From the NCBI RefSeq assembly GCF_963921235.1, contig NC_086119.1:44144001-44208000 (forward strand): DNA of 64,000 nucleotides, read 5' to 3'. Shown here piece by piece: positions 13,315 to 25,289 of the stretch; positions within the stretch are counted from its first letter, which is position 1, and every line of letters begins with the position of its first letter. The DNA comes from Mobula hypostoma (lineage: Eukaryota). The notes under the pieces were generated by a model that saw nothing but the letters and a program-made list of their open reading frames with translations, was not told the DNA's origin and made no database searches. The position numbers were made by a program, and so were the translations under genes.

Positions 13315-13612
13315 GGCATCCGTTAGTCTCATGAGACCATGGATTTGTGCCTTGGAAGGTTTCCAGGGTGCAGGCCTGGGCAAGGTTGTATGGGAGACTG
13401 GCAGTTGCCCATGCTGCGAGTCTCCCCTCTCCATGCCACTGATGTTGTCCAAGGGAAGGGCACTAGGGCTGATACAGCTTAGCACCGGTGTCATCGCAGA
13501 GCAATGTGTGGTTAAGCGCCTTGTTCAAGGACACACACGCTGCCTCAGCTGAGGCTCAAACTAGCAACCTTCAGATGACTAGACCGACACCTTAACCACT
13601 TGGCCACGCGCC
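13315..13612 (-). mobile_element. tRNA/CORE-like SINE, copy A
   Basis: A box TGGCCAAGTGG, B-box-like motif, core GTGTCCTTG..CAAG.C.CTTAACC; TSD CATCAATCCAAT at 13296-307 and 13615-26. Confidence 0.85.
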
Positions 13613-13991
13613 AACATCAATCCAATGGAACCACTGATCTCACTCAAATTGCACTGCTGTTGGTTTGTTCTTGGCTAGTTCATCTGCACTTCCAAGAAAG
13701 AAAATTACATGTTTGTATGTTGGGACTACCTTCCACCACCCATCTCCACCTCGCAACACGGGCACAAAATGACAGAACTGAATACAAACTCAATCTGGGT
13801 CTCGGTTAGACGAAACTCTTCCAGATGTAGGCGCAGGGGTACAAAGGTGAGGCCTTTTCCTGAGGACTGACCATTTAGCATCAGAAGTGGAGCTGGTGAG
13901 CGGTGTGGGTGGTGAAAACGTGGCAGGGGGTCAGAAGAGGACGAAGAGTGTAATGTGAGGATTACCCACTGCTACAAACTTAATCCCGTGG

Positions 13992-14230
13992 TTTATTTAT
14001 TGAGATACAGCCACTCTGCCCAACAATCCCCCAATTTAATCCCAGCCTAAACAGGGACAATTTTTACAAAAACCAATTGAAATGATACACCTTTGGACTG
14101 TGGGAGGAAACCGGAACACCTGGAGGAAACCCACGCGGTCAGGGGGAGAATGTGTAAACTCCTTACAAGCAGCGAAGGGTCTCCTTTACTGTAAAGTGTT
14201 GTGCTAACCATTACGCTACTGTGCTGCCCC
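13992..14230 (-). mobile_element. V-SINE-like element
   Basis: V-domain GTGGGTTTCCTCC.GGTG.TCCGGTTTCCTCCCACAGTCCAAAG; ATCTCAATAAA tail. Confidence 0.75.
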
Positions 14231-14405
14231 AGTCAGGAAGGAATTCTCATAAGCGGATAGGGGTTGAAGGTTTGGGCTCTTTCAAACAACTTGAAGACCA
14301 TGAGTCTCCAGTCTCATCTTACATTGAGATTTATATAGGCATTCCTTTTATCTGAAACACTGAAAGCAGGTTGTTTGTTAGCAGACATTGAAATTAACAA
14401 CATTA

Positions 14406-14841
14406 TTTATTTGCATTTCAGCTCTACAGATACAGTAAATGTTAGATATTGTTACTGCCACGTAACAGTAAGGCACTTTCATCTTACGACGGAGATGCAG
14501 CCCTCCCTCTGCGTACGGATCTGTCACCATCGTACTCTCCGCATCATCACTGTGGCTCTCCCGTCCAAGTACGGGAATTGCACTGCTCCGAATTCCCGGC
14601 CAGCCTCTGCTCAGGAGAGAAAGGTCAATGTGCGGGAGGTGACAGGCACTGCCAAGGTCCACTGTACTTGGCAGGGCTGATGAACAGGAATGAAAACAGA
14701 AAATGCTGGAGGTTCTTTGACTATCACAAAACACACAGAGGTAAGGCTGCCCAGCACTTTCCCCATGCTGGTTGTGAAATGTTTCCTCTCAAGTTCTCCT
14801 GCATTCCTGAAGTAATATAAAAAACCATCGTGTTGTTTAAT
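14406..14841 (-). terminator. Candidate RAD51D polyadenylation signals (ATTAAA 14841-14836; AATAAA 14411-14406)
   Basis: First canonical hexamers downstream of the stop; the ATTAAA is followed by a U-rich tract. Confidence 0.4.
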
Positions 14842-15224
14842 GCATCACGGCTATCCACTCCTCGCAGCCTCAGGCCACACGAGCTCCAGCTCTGTAAAGC
14901 CAAACACTGAGAATGATTTACAAGCTGCAGGATGCATTTTCAGTCGGCCGCTCTTCCTGGAAACCAGGAGTGCACCTGCCTGTCATCGTCTACTGTCGGA
15001 ATCTCCAGCCACACACTGCTGGACCTCTCCACAGCAAGGAGGGAACCAATGCTCTTGGAGCTCCATGAAGTATGGCCAATTGCCAAGGGCTATTACCCCA
15101 CTCAAACGCACCAGGTCTTGTGATGAGAGAAGGTAAAGGCCCAATCCTTATTAAACAGCTCTTACCGCCTTCTCATTGAAGTCACAGTGTTCACACACAG
15201 TTACAGAGCTCTATGCGGATGTTA

Positions 15225-15326
15225 CTAAGTGTCGTCAAGGTCACCAGTGGAGGGTTGAGGAGGCTCGGCTCGGCTGCCCAGGGTCCCGAGGGAAGTGATG
15301 TCAAATTCCACACTGACCCTGGTTGG
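15225..15326 (-). CDS. RAD51D: RAD51D exon 10, terminal (PTRVSVEFDITSLGTLGSRAEPPQPSTGDLDDT*)
   Basis: tttcag|CCA ACC; PT....DI...GT similar to the human last exon; TAG at 15227-15225; summed CDS is 999 nt in frame. Confidence 0.88.
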   Translation of the reverse strand, partial: PTRVSVEFDITSLGTLGSRAEPPQPSTGDLDDT

Positions 15327-15869
15327 CTGAAATCAGAAAAACAACAAGATCAAGGCTTGAAATGATTGGGCGGGAGCGAGACAGAATTGGCAGAGGATTC
15401 TGGAGCTAGGCCCAAGCCTGGAGTGTTACCGGCACATGCTGCCTTTGCGGGGGGGGGGGGCAACTCCCTCACCGCAGGGGGAAAGATGGAAGGCGGTCCC
15501 AGAATACACATTAGTGATGGGGGAGGTGGAGCAACGTACGGCGGGGTTGATGGTCTGAGACATACTGTAACCTCAGGGAAGAGTGGCTCACTCTAATCTA
15601 TCCTCACCTACACCCAACGGACACCACCCCCCCAACACTGTACCACGTCAGCTGTGAGTGCGAGTCTGTCTACTAATGTACTCAGCGCAGAGATGACCAC
15701 CAAGGCCACCGTACTCCCGTCTAAATTAATTTCCAAATAAGGTAAAATACCAGAACGATAGCACGTTTGGTCCGTATGGAAACGATGGGAGCTTTTAAAA
15801 GTCATCAGCATTATGATCAGCTTCCCCATTCAACATACCCTGTAGACAAAACTATTTCCCACATGGAAA

Positions 15870-16165
15870 CACTCACAACACGCCGGAGGAACTCAGCAGG
15901 TCGGGCAGACTGTCCTGGTAGACCCATAGTTCCTGCCTGCTCCTGTCCCACCGAACTTGTATCTGCCTACCTGGACTCCATTTTGTCACCCATAGTTCAG
16001 TCCCTCCGCACCTACATCCGGGATACATCCCATGCCCTCTACCTCTTCAATAACTTCCAGTTCCCCGGTCCCAACCGCTTCATTTTCACTCTGCCTGACC
16101 TGCTGAGTTCCTCCAGCGTGTTGTGAGTGTTGCTTTGACCTCAGCATCTGCAGATTATTTTGTGT
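15870..16165 (+). mobile_element. Penelope-like RT fragment flanked by inverted terminal-repeat pieces
   Basis: DCPGRPIV.ACSCPTELVSAYLDSILSPIVQSL.TYIRDT; flanks ggaggaactcagcaggtc and gacctgctgagttcctcc are inverted copies. Confidence 0.75.
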
Positions 16166-16457
16166 TGACGATTCCCACATGGAATTTCTTTGCCTCACCT
16201 TTCCCCAAGTTTCTTAGCTTAACTTAAGTGGCTAGTCAACTGAAAGCCCTCAGCACGGGCTCACAGGGGCAAGAGGAAATGAGACTCTGCTAATTATATG
16301 TAAGTGCCAGGCCCAAATGGTAAAAGAGAAGAGCGTGAGGGAGTGGGGGAAGAATTTGTGATCCACTTCGTGGGCCAGTCCCCCATGGCAGAGAGAAGGT
16401 AAAGAGTGGTGGTCACTCAGACACAATGTGTGGCCTTGGGTCATCGCTGCCACCCAC

Positions 16458-16616
16458 CTGCCTGGATGACTTCAGTATCGTTGCACTGCGCTCTGCAGGG
16501 CCGGCTGAGTCAGACCCACGCCGGAGAAGTATTCGGACGTTGGGGACATAACTCCAGGAGCACCCCAGGGCAGGCTTCACACCTCCACCCGCGTCCCGGA
16601 CCACGTAGTTCGTCAC
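16458..16616 (-). CDS. RAD51D: RAD51D exon 9 (VTNYVVRDAGGGVKPALGCSWSYVPNVRILL...KSSRQ)
   Basis: ggccag| ... CAG|gtggg; 159 nt; KPALG.SW and KSSRQ motifs. Confidence 0.96.
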
Positions 16617-16890
16617 CTGGCCAATGAGAAAGGTCACTGGAATCGGCTGGCTTTTTGCTCGAGAGGGTTTTGGCAAACTTCGCTGACTAAGCGTCGAACT
16701 ACCAGTGAGTGGCTGACCTATTCATTCAGATGAGGAGGTGCACAATCCCTGCTGGTTTCTGTAGTGCTTTACATGATGTCTGATACGTCCTAAAGATCTC
16801 AGCTCCCACTCTCCTGTCCAGCCCCCGACCAACTCCCCCAAGTTCAAAATCGGAGGGGCTAGCATTAGCAGAAAACAGATAGCTATAACT

Positions 16891-17178
16891 AGGGCAGCAC
16901 ACTAGCAGAGTGGTCAGCACACTCCCTTACAGTACAGGTGACCCGGGTTCAATTCCCACCACTGTCTGTAAGGAGTTTGTACGTTCTCCCCATGACCGCG
17001 TGGGTTTCCTGCGGGTGCTCCGGTTTCCTCCCACAGTTCACAGACGTATCAGTTGATAGGTTAATTGGTCATCGTAAATTGTCCCATGATTAGGCCTAGG
17101 GTTAAATCAGGGGACTGCTGGGTGCTGCGGCTCGAAGAGCCAGAAGGGCCTATTCCATGCTGTATCTCAATAAAATAA
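16891..17178 (+). mobile_element. V-SINE-like element (other copies at about 22100-22400, 31060-31340, 42660-42740)
   Basis: tRNA head with B box GGTTCAATTCC, V-domain, tail ATCTCAATAAAATAA. Confidence 0.8.
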
Positions 17179-17819
17179 TTTAATTGGCTGCTATTACCCA
17201 GCCACTGCTGGCAGACAGCAGTTAGCATTAAGAGAAAAAAAAATCCACAACTTTAGGACATGCAAAGCATTCCACAGCCAATAGAGAACCTTCCAGAACA
17301 GGATAACTGAAGGGTGGTTCAAATCTATCATCACCAGAGGCTGCACTCTGAAATATTTCATTTATGTTTGATGCTTTAGGAAATCCCTTAGTTAGACAAG
17401 TTACTACTTAAGTCCAAGGCATTAATTTAAATTAAATCTAGACTCTTCTCCCACAAAAGCTTGCACATGGCACCCAGGAATAAAACTGAAGAACAAACCT
17501 CAAAAGACAAGAATGGGAGGGTGCAATATCACTGAATTAACAGGTAGGCCATTTGGCCAGTTCCAGCAGTTCTTGCAAAGAGCTTCCCAAAAGAATTTCT
17601 CATTTAAAAGTCAGTGCAAATTTTCCCTTATTCAGACACAGAGAACAATCTTAAGTTTTTCAACTGCAGATAAATGACATCTCTCATCCCAAGAATATCT
17701 GCTATGCCATTACAGTAATAATCAAAGCACGGCCACGTCACGGTCACTGATTCAGCTAACCATTAATCAGAAGTGACCACATCACGTAGCCCTCTGTGCG
17801 GGATAGTTTCTGTACTCAC

Positions 17820-17890
17820 AATCACTGCGATGGCCAGTTCTCTGGCTAATGTCTTCAGTTCTCTTGCAAGCTGCATCATGAGGGCCATAC
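17820..17890 (-). CDS. RAD51D: RAD51D exon 8 (GMALMMQLARELKTLARELAIAVI)
   Basis: ttgatag| ... ATT|gtgag; 71 nt; near-identical to human GLALMMQLARELKTLAR. Confidence 0.97.
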
Positions 17891-17934
17891 CTATCAAACA
17901 GAATCCAAAAGACACACACACCAGGCATGACTGT

Positions 17935-18830
17935 AGAACATAGAACATAGAAATCTACAGCACATTACAGGCCACTCGGCCCACAAAGTTGAACTGACCA
18001 TGTAACCTACTCTAGAGACTGCCTAGAATTTCCCTAGCACATAGCCCTCTATTTTTCAAAGCTCCATCTACCTATCTAAGAGGCTCTTAAAAGACCCTAT
18101 TGTATCCGCTTCCACCACCACTGCCGGCAGTACACTCCACACACCCACCACTCTCTGTGGGTATCATGGATTCATGTCTGAAAGACGATTGTAGTTGTGA
18201 GCTTAATATCCAAAGATACACAATCTAATGAAAGAACAGGCAGATAGGCAGGAGGAGGAGGAAGACTGGCTCTGTTGGTTAAAAAAAAAGAAAGAAATCA
18301 AATCTTTAAAAAGATGTGACATAGGATCAGAAAGTACTGTATAAAATCCTCATGGCTAAAGTTAAGAAACTGCAGGGACAAGAGCACTCTGCACAGTAGC
18401 CAGGATGTGGTCTACAAATTGCAAAATTTCCCCTTAAGGAAACCATGCTGATTTTGGCCCATGTGTCTTCAAATACCCTGAAACCTCATCTTTAATAATG
18501 GAACCCAACATCTTCCCAAATATTGAAGTCAGGTGACCTGGCCTATAATTTCCTGTCCTTTGCTCCCACACTTCTTACAGAGTGGATGACATTTGTGATT
18601 TTCCAGTACGCCGAACCATCCCAGAATCCAATGATTCTTGAAACATCCCTACTAGTATCTCAAAAATCTTTTCAGCTACCTCTTTCAGAACCCCAGGGTG
18701 TAATCCAACTAGTCCAGGTGACTCATCTACCTTCAAACCTTTCAGCTCCCCAAGCATCTTCTCCTTAGTAATTGCAACTACACTCACTTTTGCCCCCTGA
18801 CGCTCTCAAATTTCCAGCATCCTAACTCTT
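17935..18830. mobile_element. CR1 fragments in RAD51D intron 7
   Basis: (TTCTATG)n tail on the minus strand; ORF 18575..18787 LKVDESPG..GLHP.VLKEVA. Confidence 0.7.
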
Positions 18831-19489
18831 CCAAACCGTTGCTGTCCTATCAGATTCCCTTCTCTCCAGCCCCTGACCCACCTTGCTTCACCAATCACCT
18901 CTACCTAGCCTCCTTCCCCTCCCCCCCCCCCACCTTTCTATTCTGGCCATCTCCCACTTTCTTTTCAGTCCTGAAGAGTGGTCTTGGCCCGAAATGTCAA
19001 CTGTCTACTCATTTCCATAGGTGCTGCCTGACCTGCTGAGTTCCTCCAGCATTTTGTGTGTGTGTTATATTGGGTTTCCAGCATCTGTAGACTTCCTCGT
19101 GGTTGTGACATAGGAAGCTGTTTGGCCCATCGAGACAGTGGCGACTCAGAGCAATCCCAAATCTCGCCCTTATGTGAAAGGGTTTGCTTTGGCATTGCCC
19201 TTGCAAGACTGGGCTCCAGTTTAAGAAGACTCCAGCCGAGGTGCTCTCTACTAGAATCATACAGCACAGTAACAAGCCCTTTGGCCCAAATCAACCAGGT
19301 TACCCAAGATACCCATCCAGTGCTCATTGACCCCACTTGGCCCATAGCCCTCTAATTCTTTCCTATGCATATTTTACTTAAATGTTGTTATTGAACCTGC
19401 CTCAGCCACTTTTTCTGACAGCACAGGGTCTGCATGAAAAGTTACCTCTCGGGTCACTTCTGAAATTTCTCCCCTCTCACCTCAACCCT

Positions 19490-19930
19490 CCTCCAAGAGG
19501 ACCACAATCTTGCCGTTGGGTTCGGAGGCTTGCGTGCCTCAGCGACCTGGAGAATTATGCTGGCTGGAGTCAGGGCTTTGTGCTTTGGCTCTTGGTAGGA
19601 TCACCCATGCCAAGCAGGTCAAAGGGCAGAGGCCGCACTAAGAGTGGTCCACTGGTCCTCTAGGTTTGAGGGATCAGCTCAGTGCCACCAACCCTGACTG
19701 GTCAAACGAAATTGCTGCAGAAACAGCAATGAAGAATCCTTCTACATCTGAGTGCGACGGTATTCCTGAGTCTCCACCTGGGACTTGCATGGCTGACGGT
19801 CGTGAAAACCGAGAGGAAGTTCCCAGCACGATGAAGGAAGCAATGAACACCGCCATTATGGCCAAGAACAGACAGAGATGGAGGACCTTCACTGCTGCCC
19901 TAAACACCAGCAGCATACTGGGTAGTAAGC
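19490..19930 (+). mobile_element. RTE-derived non-autonomous element (5' UTR fused to 3' end); related copies at about 58620-58895 and 48700-48800
   Basis: RTE/Expander-like 5' sequence; 3' AKNRQRWRTFTAAL; 12-bp TSD cacctcaaccct/caccttaaccct. Confidence 0.7.
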
Positions 19931-20411
19931 CACCTTAACCCTACACCCTCTAGATCTTAATTCCCCTACCGTGGGGAAAAAGACTGTCTGCATTTGCCCT
20001 GTCTGTGCCCGTCATGAATTTATACAGAGAATGGCAGAAATACTCAAAAGTCACGGAAACTGAGTACCACAATTATTTGAGTACTTCCTGCATTTTTATT
20101 TTCAACTTCAGATTTCAACTATCACAACCTTCTCATCTCTAATTTTTATACCCCTTTTGAGTAGACGGCTAGTCTACAGAACCCACCCTCATAAATTAAT
20201 CCTTTTGATCCTACTACACAAGATGCACGTAAAAGGGTCCCTCTCCCTCCACCCTGCCCAACCACAACGCCCCCAACCCTGCCACCGAAGAGCGCCAGGA
20301 AGAGGCAGGCACCATTCGGAGCGTGGTATCCGTAGCCAGAATCCCTCAATCACTTCTCTGATGCCGGAAAGAGCCAGCTCAATTCGTGGAAGATTTCACA
20401 AGACCTCTCAC

Positions 20412-20502
20412 CTTCTAGCTGGTGGCCACCCAGAATAGGGGAGAGCACTGCTGTGATGGAGTCGACGACAATCGCCTTCAATGAGCCGTGGGTGCCAGTC
20501 AC
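20412..20502 (-). CDS. RAD51D: RAD51D exon 7 with Walker B ([30 protein letters not shown])
   Basis: ctgcag| ... G|gtgag; 91 nt; IVVDS Walker B. Confidence 0.96.
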
Positions 20503-20659
20503 CTGCAGAAACAGGAACAATCCCGACATTCGATTTCAAGTTCACTGTCACATGTACACAACTGTATGTCATGAAAATTAGCTTTTTGCAGCAGCACCAC
20601 AGTATACGGCAAACAGAAACTTATATTAACATAAATTATACACCATTTACAAAAGTGTT

Positions 20660-20961
20660 GGCGTGTGGCCAAGTGGTTAAGGCGTTCATCTAGCGAGCTG
20701 AAGGTTGCTAGTTCGAGCCTTGGCTGAGGCAGCGTGTTGTGTCCTTGAGCAAGGCACTTAACCACACATTGCTCTGCGACGACACCAACACCAAGCTGTA
20801 TGGGCCCTAGTGCCCTTCCCTTGGACAACATTGGTGTCGTGGAGAGGGGAGACTTGCAGCATGGGCAACTGCTGGTCTTCCATACAACCTTGCCCAGGCC
20901 TGCGCCCTGGAGAGTGAAGACCTTCCAGGCACAGATCCATGGTCTCATGAGACTAACGGAT
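20660..20961 (+). mobile_element. tRNA/CORE-like SINE, copy B
   Basis: Highly similar to copies A, C and D. Confidence 0.85.
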
Positions 20962-21727
20962 AACTATTAAAAATTTCAAAACAAAGAAAAAAAACAGACT
21001 TAACAACATTAGTACGAGCTGAGGGAAATATAGTCTGAGTAGAATTAGGGTTTTTCGGAAGGGAAGAAGCTGTGTTGAATCTTCAGGGTCCTGTAGCTCC
21101 TGCCTGATGGGAGGGAAGAGGGAATGGCCTGGAAGCTGGAGCCCTTAGTGATGGATATTGCCTTCCTGAGGTCGTGCTGCCCATCAGCTCTTCGCTACCG
21201 TTCAATCATGGCAGATTTATTATTCCCTGTCAACCCATTTTCTACCTTCTCCCCACAATCTTTGACACCACTACTAATCAAGAACCTATCAGCCTCCACT
21301 TTAAATACACCTCCCAATGGATTTGGCCTCCATAGCCGTCCACGGATTAACTATACTCAGGTTGGCGACATTCCTCTTCCCTTCAGTTCTAAAGGAAGGT
21401 CCTATTCTGAGGCTGTGACCTCTGGTCGTACACTTTCCCACTAATGGAAACATCCATTCCATATCTAGCTCTTTCAATATTCAGTCGGTTTCATTGAGAT
21501 CCCCTTTCATACTTGTAAACTGCAGCCAGTACAGGCCCAGAGCCATCAAACGCACTTCATACATTAACCTTTCATTCCTGGGAACATTCTTGTGAACCTC
21601 CTCTGGACCCTAGTCAAGGCTTCTTCTAGATAATCTGCCAACACTAAATAAGAGGAAGGATGGGGACAGGTGGAGAAGAAAACGGTTCAAAAAGCTGCAC
21701 CAGGTCCTTCCATTTTTCTGTGGCAGG

Positions 21728-22100
21728 AGAATGGGATGGGGTCGGGCTGGGGGACGGGACCGGGCGTCGGGCCAGGGGAATGGGGGCCGGGCGTTGGGCT
21801 GAGGGAATGGGGACCGGGGGTCCGGCTGGGGGAATGGGAACGAGGTCAGGGGTCGGGCTGGGGAATGGGGCGGGGGGGTCAGGCTGGGGGACGGGTACGG
21901 GGCCGGGGGGGTGGGGGATGGGGCTGGGGGGGGGTGGTCGGGCTGGGGGATGGGGCCGGGGGGGGGGTCTGGCTGGGGAATGGGGAGGGGTCGAAAGGTC
22001 GGGCTGGGGAATGGGACGGGACGGGGGGGGGTGTGGTCGGGCTGGGGGACGGGGCCGGGGCGGGGGGTCCGGCTGGGGAATGGGGAGGGGTCGAAGGGTG
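21728..22100 (+). repeat. G-rich minisatellite (about 21-23-bp unit ggtcgggctggggaatgggg...) in RAD51D intron 6
   Basis: Tandem units directly visible; explains the spurious P/G-rich ORFs. Confidence 0.9.
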
Positions 22101-22450
22101 TCACAGGATCGTAGCAGTTAGCGAGACGCTATCAGAGCTGGGGGTGTTCCGGAGTTTGGAGTTCAATTCTGGTGCCGTGCTGTAAGGAGCCTGTGTGCTC
22201 CTATCGAATGGGTGGGTTTTCCCTGGGTGCTCCAGTTTCCTTCCACAAGTCCAAAGATGTACCGGGTCGGTTGATCGGTCATTGTAAATTGTCCCATGAT
22301 TAGGTTGGGGTTAATCAGGGTCGTGGGGTTGCTGGGGTGATGTGCTCAAAGGGCTGGGCAGGTCTACTCCGCACGGTACCGAGAAACAAAATAAATAAAT
22401 AAGGCAGGGTGGGGGTAGGTCAGTATTCGTAGTCAGAAGCCAGCCCTTAC

Positions 22451-22546
22451 CTGGCGTGTGGAGCCTGCCCTGAGCTCCTGCAGCACATCCAGGAGGCAGT
22501 GCACTTCAAACACCCGTATCACCTCGATCCTCTGCAGGGCCTCACT
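22451..22546 (-). CDS. RAD51D: RAD51D exon 6 (SEALQRIEVIRVFEVHCLLDVLQELRAGSTRQ)
   Basis: ctgtag| ... CAG|gtaag; 96 nt; LDVLQELR conserved. Confidence 0.95.
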
Positions 22547-23716
22547 CTACAGGATGAAGAGCGACAGTGTCAGAGAGAAAGGAGGAGGGTGGCAAAGCCA
22601 AGGTAAATAAAGAGTTCCACGTTCATAAAGATTCTTGATATCTCAAAATGATTCACAGAACAGTAAAGCATAGGGACAGGCTTTCCAGCTCACAGAGTGA
22701 CAAACTAATTAGTCCAACAATACCTCATCCCTTCCGCCCTCACGTGGCTCCTATCCCTCCACTCCTTGCCTATTCATGCACCTACACAAGAACCTCAAAC
22801 TCCTCTCATTCCTGCCCCACCATCCCCGCCCCCTCCCCCACCCGGCAGCCATTGCAGGCACTCACCACGGTCTGCCTCGAACTTCCCTCTCGCTTTAAAT
22901 GCAGCCCGTAGAAAACCATATAGTTTGTCTCCGACGCTCATAATTTTATGAGCTTCCAATGGGCCTCTTCTAAGCCTCTGAACCACAGGGGGAATATTGG
23001 AATTGGGTTTTTTTTTATACTCTTTATAAGGTATTAGTTGAATTAATGCAGGACTAATATTGCAGTTTCATATCATAGTTTCTTTTCACAGACATCAATT
23101 GTATTTTTAACGAACTCAAGTATTTTTCACAGTGTGTGGTGGTTCATCCCCACTCACTGGCAGAAGGCACTGTAACAGTTAGAAGCACCTTTTCATTTTT
23201 AATTGGCTAATATTAGCACATTATACAGATGTTATAGTTTGTTTTAATTATGTAGCCTATTAACAGGTTGTCTCTATCTAAAGGATTTCTGTTATCTCGA
23301 GTATAAGGGAGAGTTTTCAAAGATCTTTATATTCAATCTCTTCATTTTCTCGTCTCTCATCTGCCTTGTTACTTTATATCTTTGTTTAAACTTTAAAATA
23401 GACGATCGTGAAGCATCGAAGTTTCTCGCTCATTCCTGATCTCCCAAAAGAACCCAGGGATTGAAAATAACTGAGATCCGACAGAAACAACCCATCTCTA
23501 TCCAGTCTTTCCTTAGAGCACATATCCTCTCATCCAGGCAGTCTCATGATAAACCTCTTCCCTCCACATCCTTCCTATAATGGAGTGACCAGAACTGATT
23601 GCAAAACTCCAGATGCCGCCTGCAGATGCAATTAGGCATTGCTTGGCCATAGTTATTGCTTTAAAACAGAGAGCAGTGAGCAGCCGTGACGGACTGGGAG
23701 CTGGTCTGGCCCCTAC

Positions 23717-23851
23717 CTGCTCCTCCATGCGGTCAACTTGGCTCTGGACCAGCTGCAGGAGGCGGCGGCTGCTCAGACCTCCCGTCGAGTCGACGTACAG
23801 GACCTTCTGCTTCAGCTGACACGCGATGCTCACGGCCAGGCTGAGGCACAC
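23717..23851 (-). CDS. RAD51D: RAD51D exon 5 (VCLSLAVSIACQLKQKVLYVDSTGGLSSRRLLQLVQSQVDRMEEQ)
   Basis: gaag| ... CAG|gtagg; 135 nt; VLYVDS.GG motif; lies within ORF 23513..23860. Confidence 0.96.
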
Positions 23852-24106
23852 CTTCAACACAATTCAGAGCAGAGCTGAAACCACGGAAGCATGTCTGTCT
23901 CAATCCCAATACACCAACGTTAATGGCAATCAGTAAAAATCCCGAGGAATGAGCTGGCGAGGCAGGGCAATCTTTGCCACACAGTTGGGGGCGGATAAGT
24001 ACAAACCACACTGACACAGTTGGTTTCATCCATCCATCTAGAGTTTAAAGTCAGTGATTACAGGGCAGGAATGGACTGGGAGTTCGCTGGCAACAGCTAT
24101 GGGTGG

Positions 24107-24988
24107 TGTGACGGGATCCTGAATTATTCCTTATGNNNNNNNNNNNNNNNNNNNNNNNNNNNNNNNNNNNNNNNNNNNNNNNNNNNNNNNNNNNNNNNNN
24201 NNNNNNNNNNNNNNNNNNNNNNNNNNNNNNNNNNNNNNNNNNNNNNNNNNNNNNNNNNNNNNNNNNNNNNNNNNNNNNNNNNNNNNNNNNNNNNNNNAGT
24301 TTGTTACACATTTGCAAGGACACTGCCAGCTTCTGAGTTCCTACACAGAGAGAGAAGGGAGGAGCTACTTGATGGACAGCTGGTGTTCAGCACAACAGTA
24401 TTTCAACCAGCGTAATTGCTTGTTTCACAGGACATGCAGATGCACAAGGGTGTGCTGAAGTTACCACTATCCTGTCCAGGTGCCCACGAGTGTGGGACTG
24501 AGGATCGATTGTGAGGGATCGATCTGTGATTATTAGTGCGTGAAAGAGCGACCTTATGGAGTCTACTAGTGTGTCTAACCCTCGCCTGGGTTGGTAGACT
24601 ATCACTCGAAGACGGTGCTCTTAAGTTGGTCAAGTTTAGCTAACTTGGAAGTTTCGGAGGACAATGGGAAGATCGAAGGCATCAGCTCACCTGAAGAACT
24701 AGACACCTCTCTCTCTCTCCATCACTACTCAACTGAATACCACAAACTGAACTGAACTTTACTCAACATTGTAAGACTGTGTTCCATTTACCCCTAGGCT
24801 TGAAGAAGCTTGGATTTTATATTTCCATATATATATATAAAAAATCATTGCTAACCTGTCTGATATATCTGAATTTATATCACTGTATTGCGTAGTTACT
24901 AATATATAGCATTGGTTAACAGCAATACCAGACTCCAAAGTGTTTTCTATTTCTGCTGGTTCTTTAACCCGTCACGGGGTACGTTACA
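24107..24988 (+). mobile_element. Solo LTR spanning an assembly gap
   Basis: TGTGAC...GTTACA termini; flanks gtgg/gcgg. Confidence 0.6.
24136..24297. other. Assembly gap (162 N)
   Basis: Run of N. Confidence 1.
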
Positions 24989-25289
24989 GCGGCAAAGTTC
25001 GTTTCCCTCCCATCTGAACCCACCTATTTACTCCCTGGCATCTAGAGCATAGACAGGCACAGTAGAGGGACAGGCCCTTTGGCTGCACTGGCCATGATAT
25101 CAATTTAAACCAATTTCATCTGCACGTGGTCTCTATCCCTCCATTCACTGCCTGTTCATGTGGTTCAATGACTTTGAATGTCCAAAAATGCCGTATTTGC
25201 TTAGATCTTGACTCCTGGAGACAAAGTTGTGCAGATCAAAAATCCAAAAGGCTTTCTGTGGGTTCATTACAAGTGGGCCACATCGCAAC

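Noticed and set aside
13222-13552. Recurrent MRPWICALEGF/MTPVPSC ORFs resembling a small gene family
   Set aside because: They are translations of the SINE copies
1-15000. RFFL coding exons expected from mammalian synteny
   Set aside because: No RFFL-like peptide (N-terminus, FYVE or RING) seen
20660-20730. tRNA-like sequence
   Set aside because: SINE head; it continues into a CORE-like domain and lacks a full cloverleaf
21610-22185. Pro/Gly-rich ORFs on both strands
   Set aside because: Artefacts of the G-rich minisatellite
24020-24415. ORFs spanning X runs
   Set aside because: Created by the N gap
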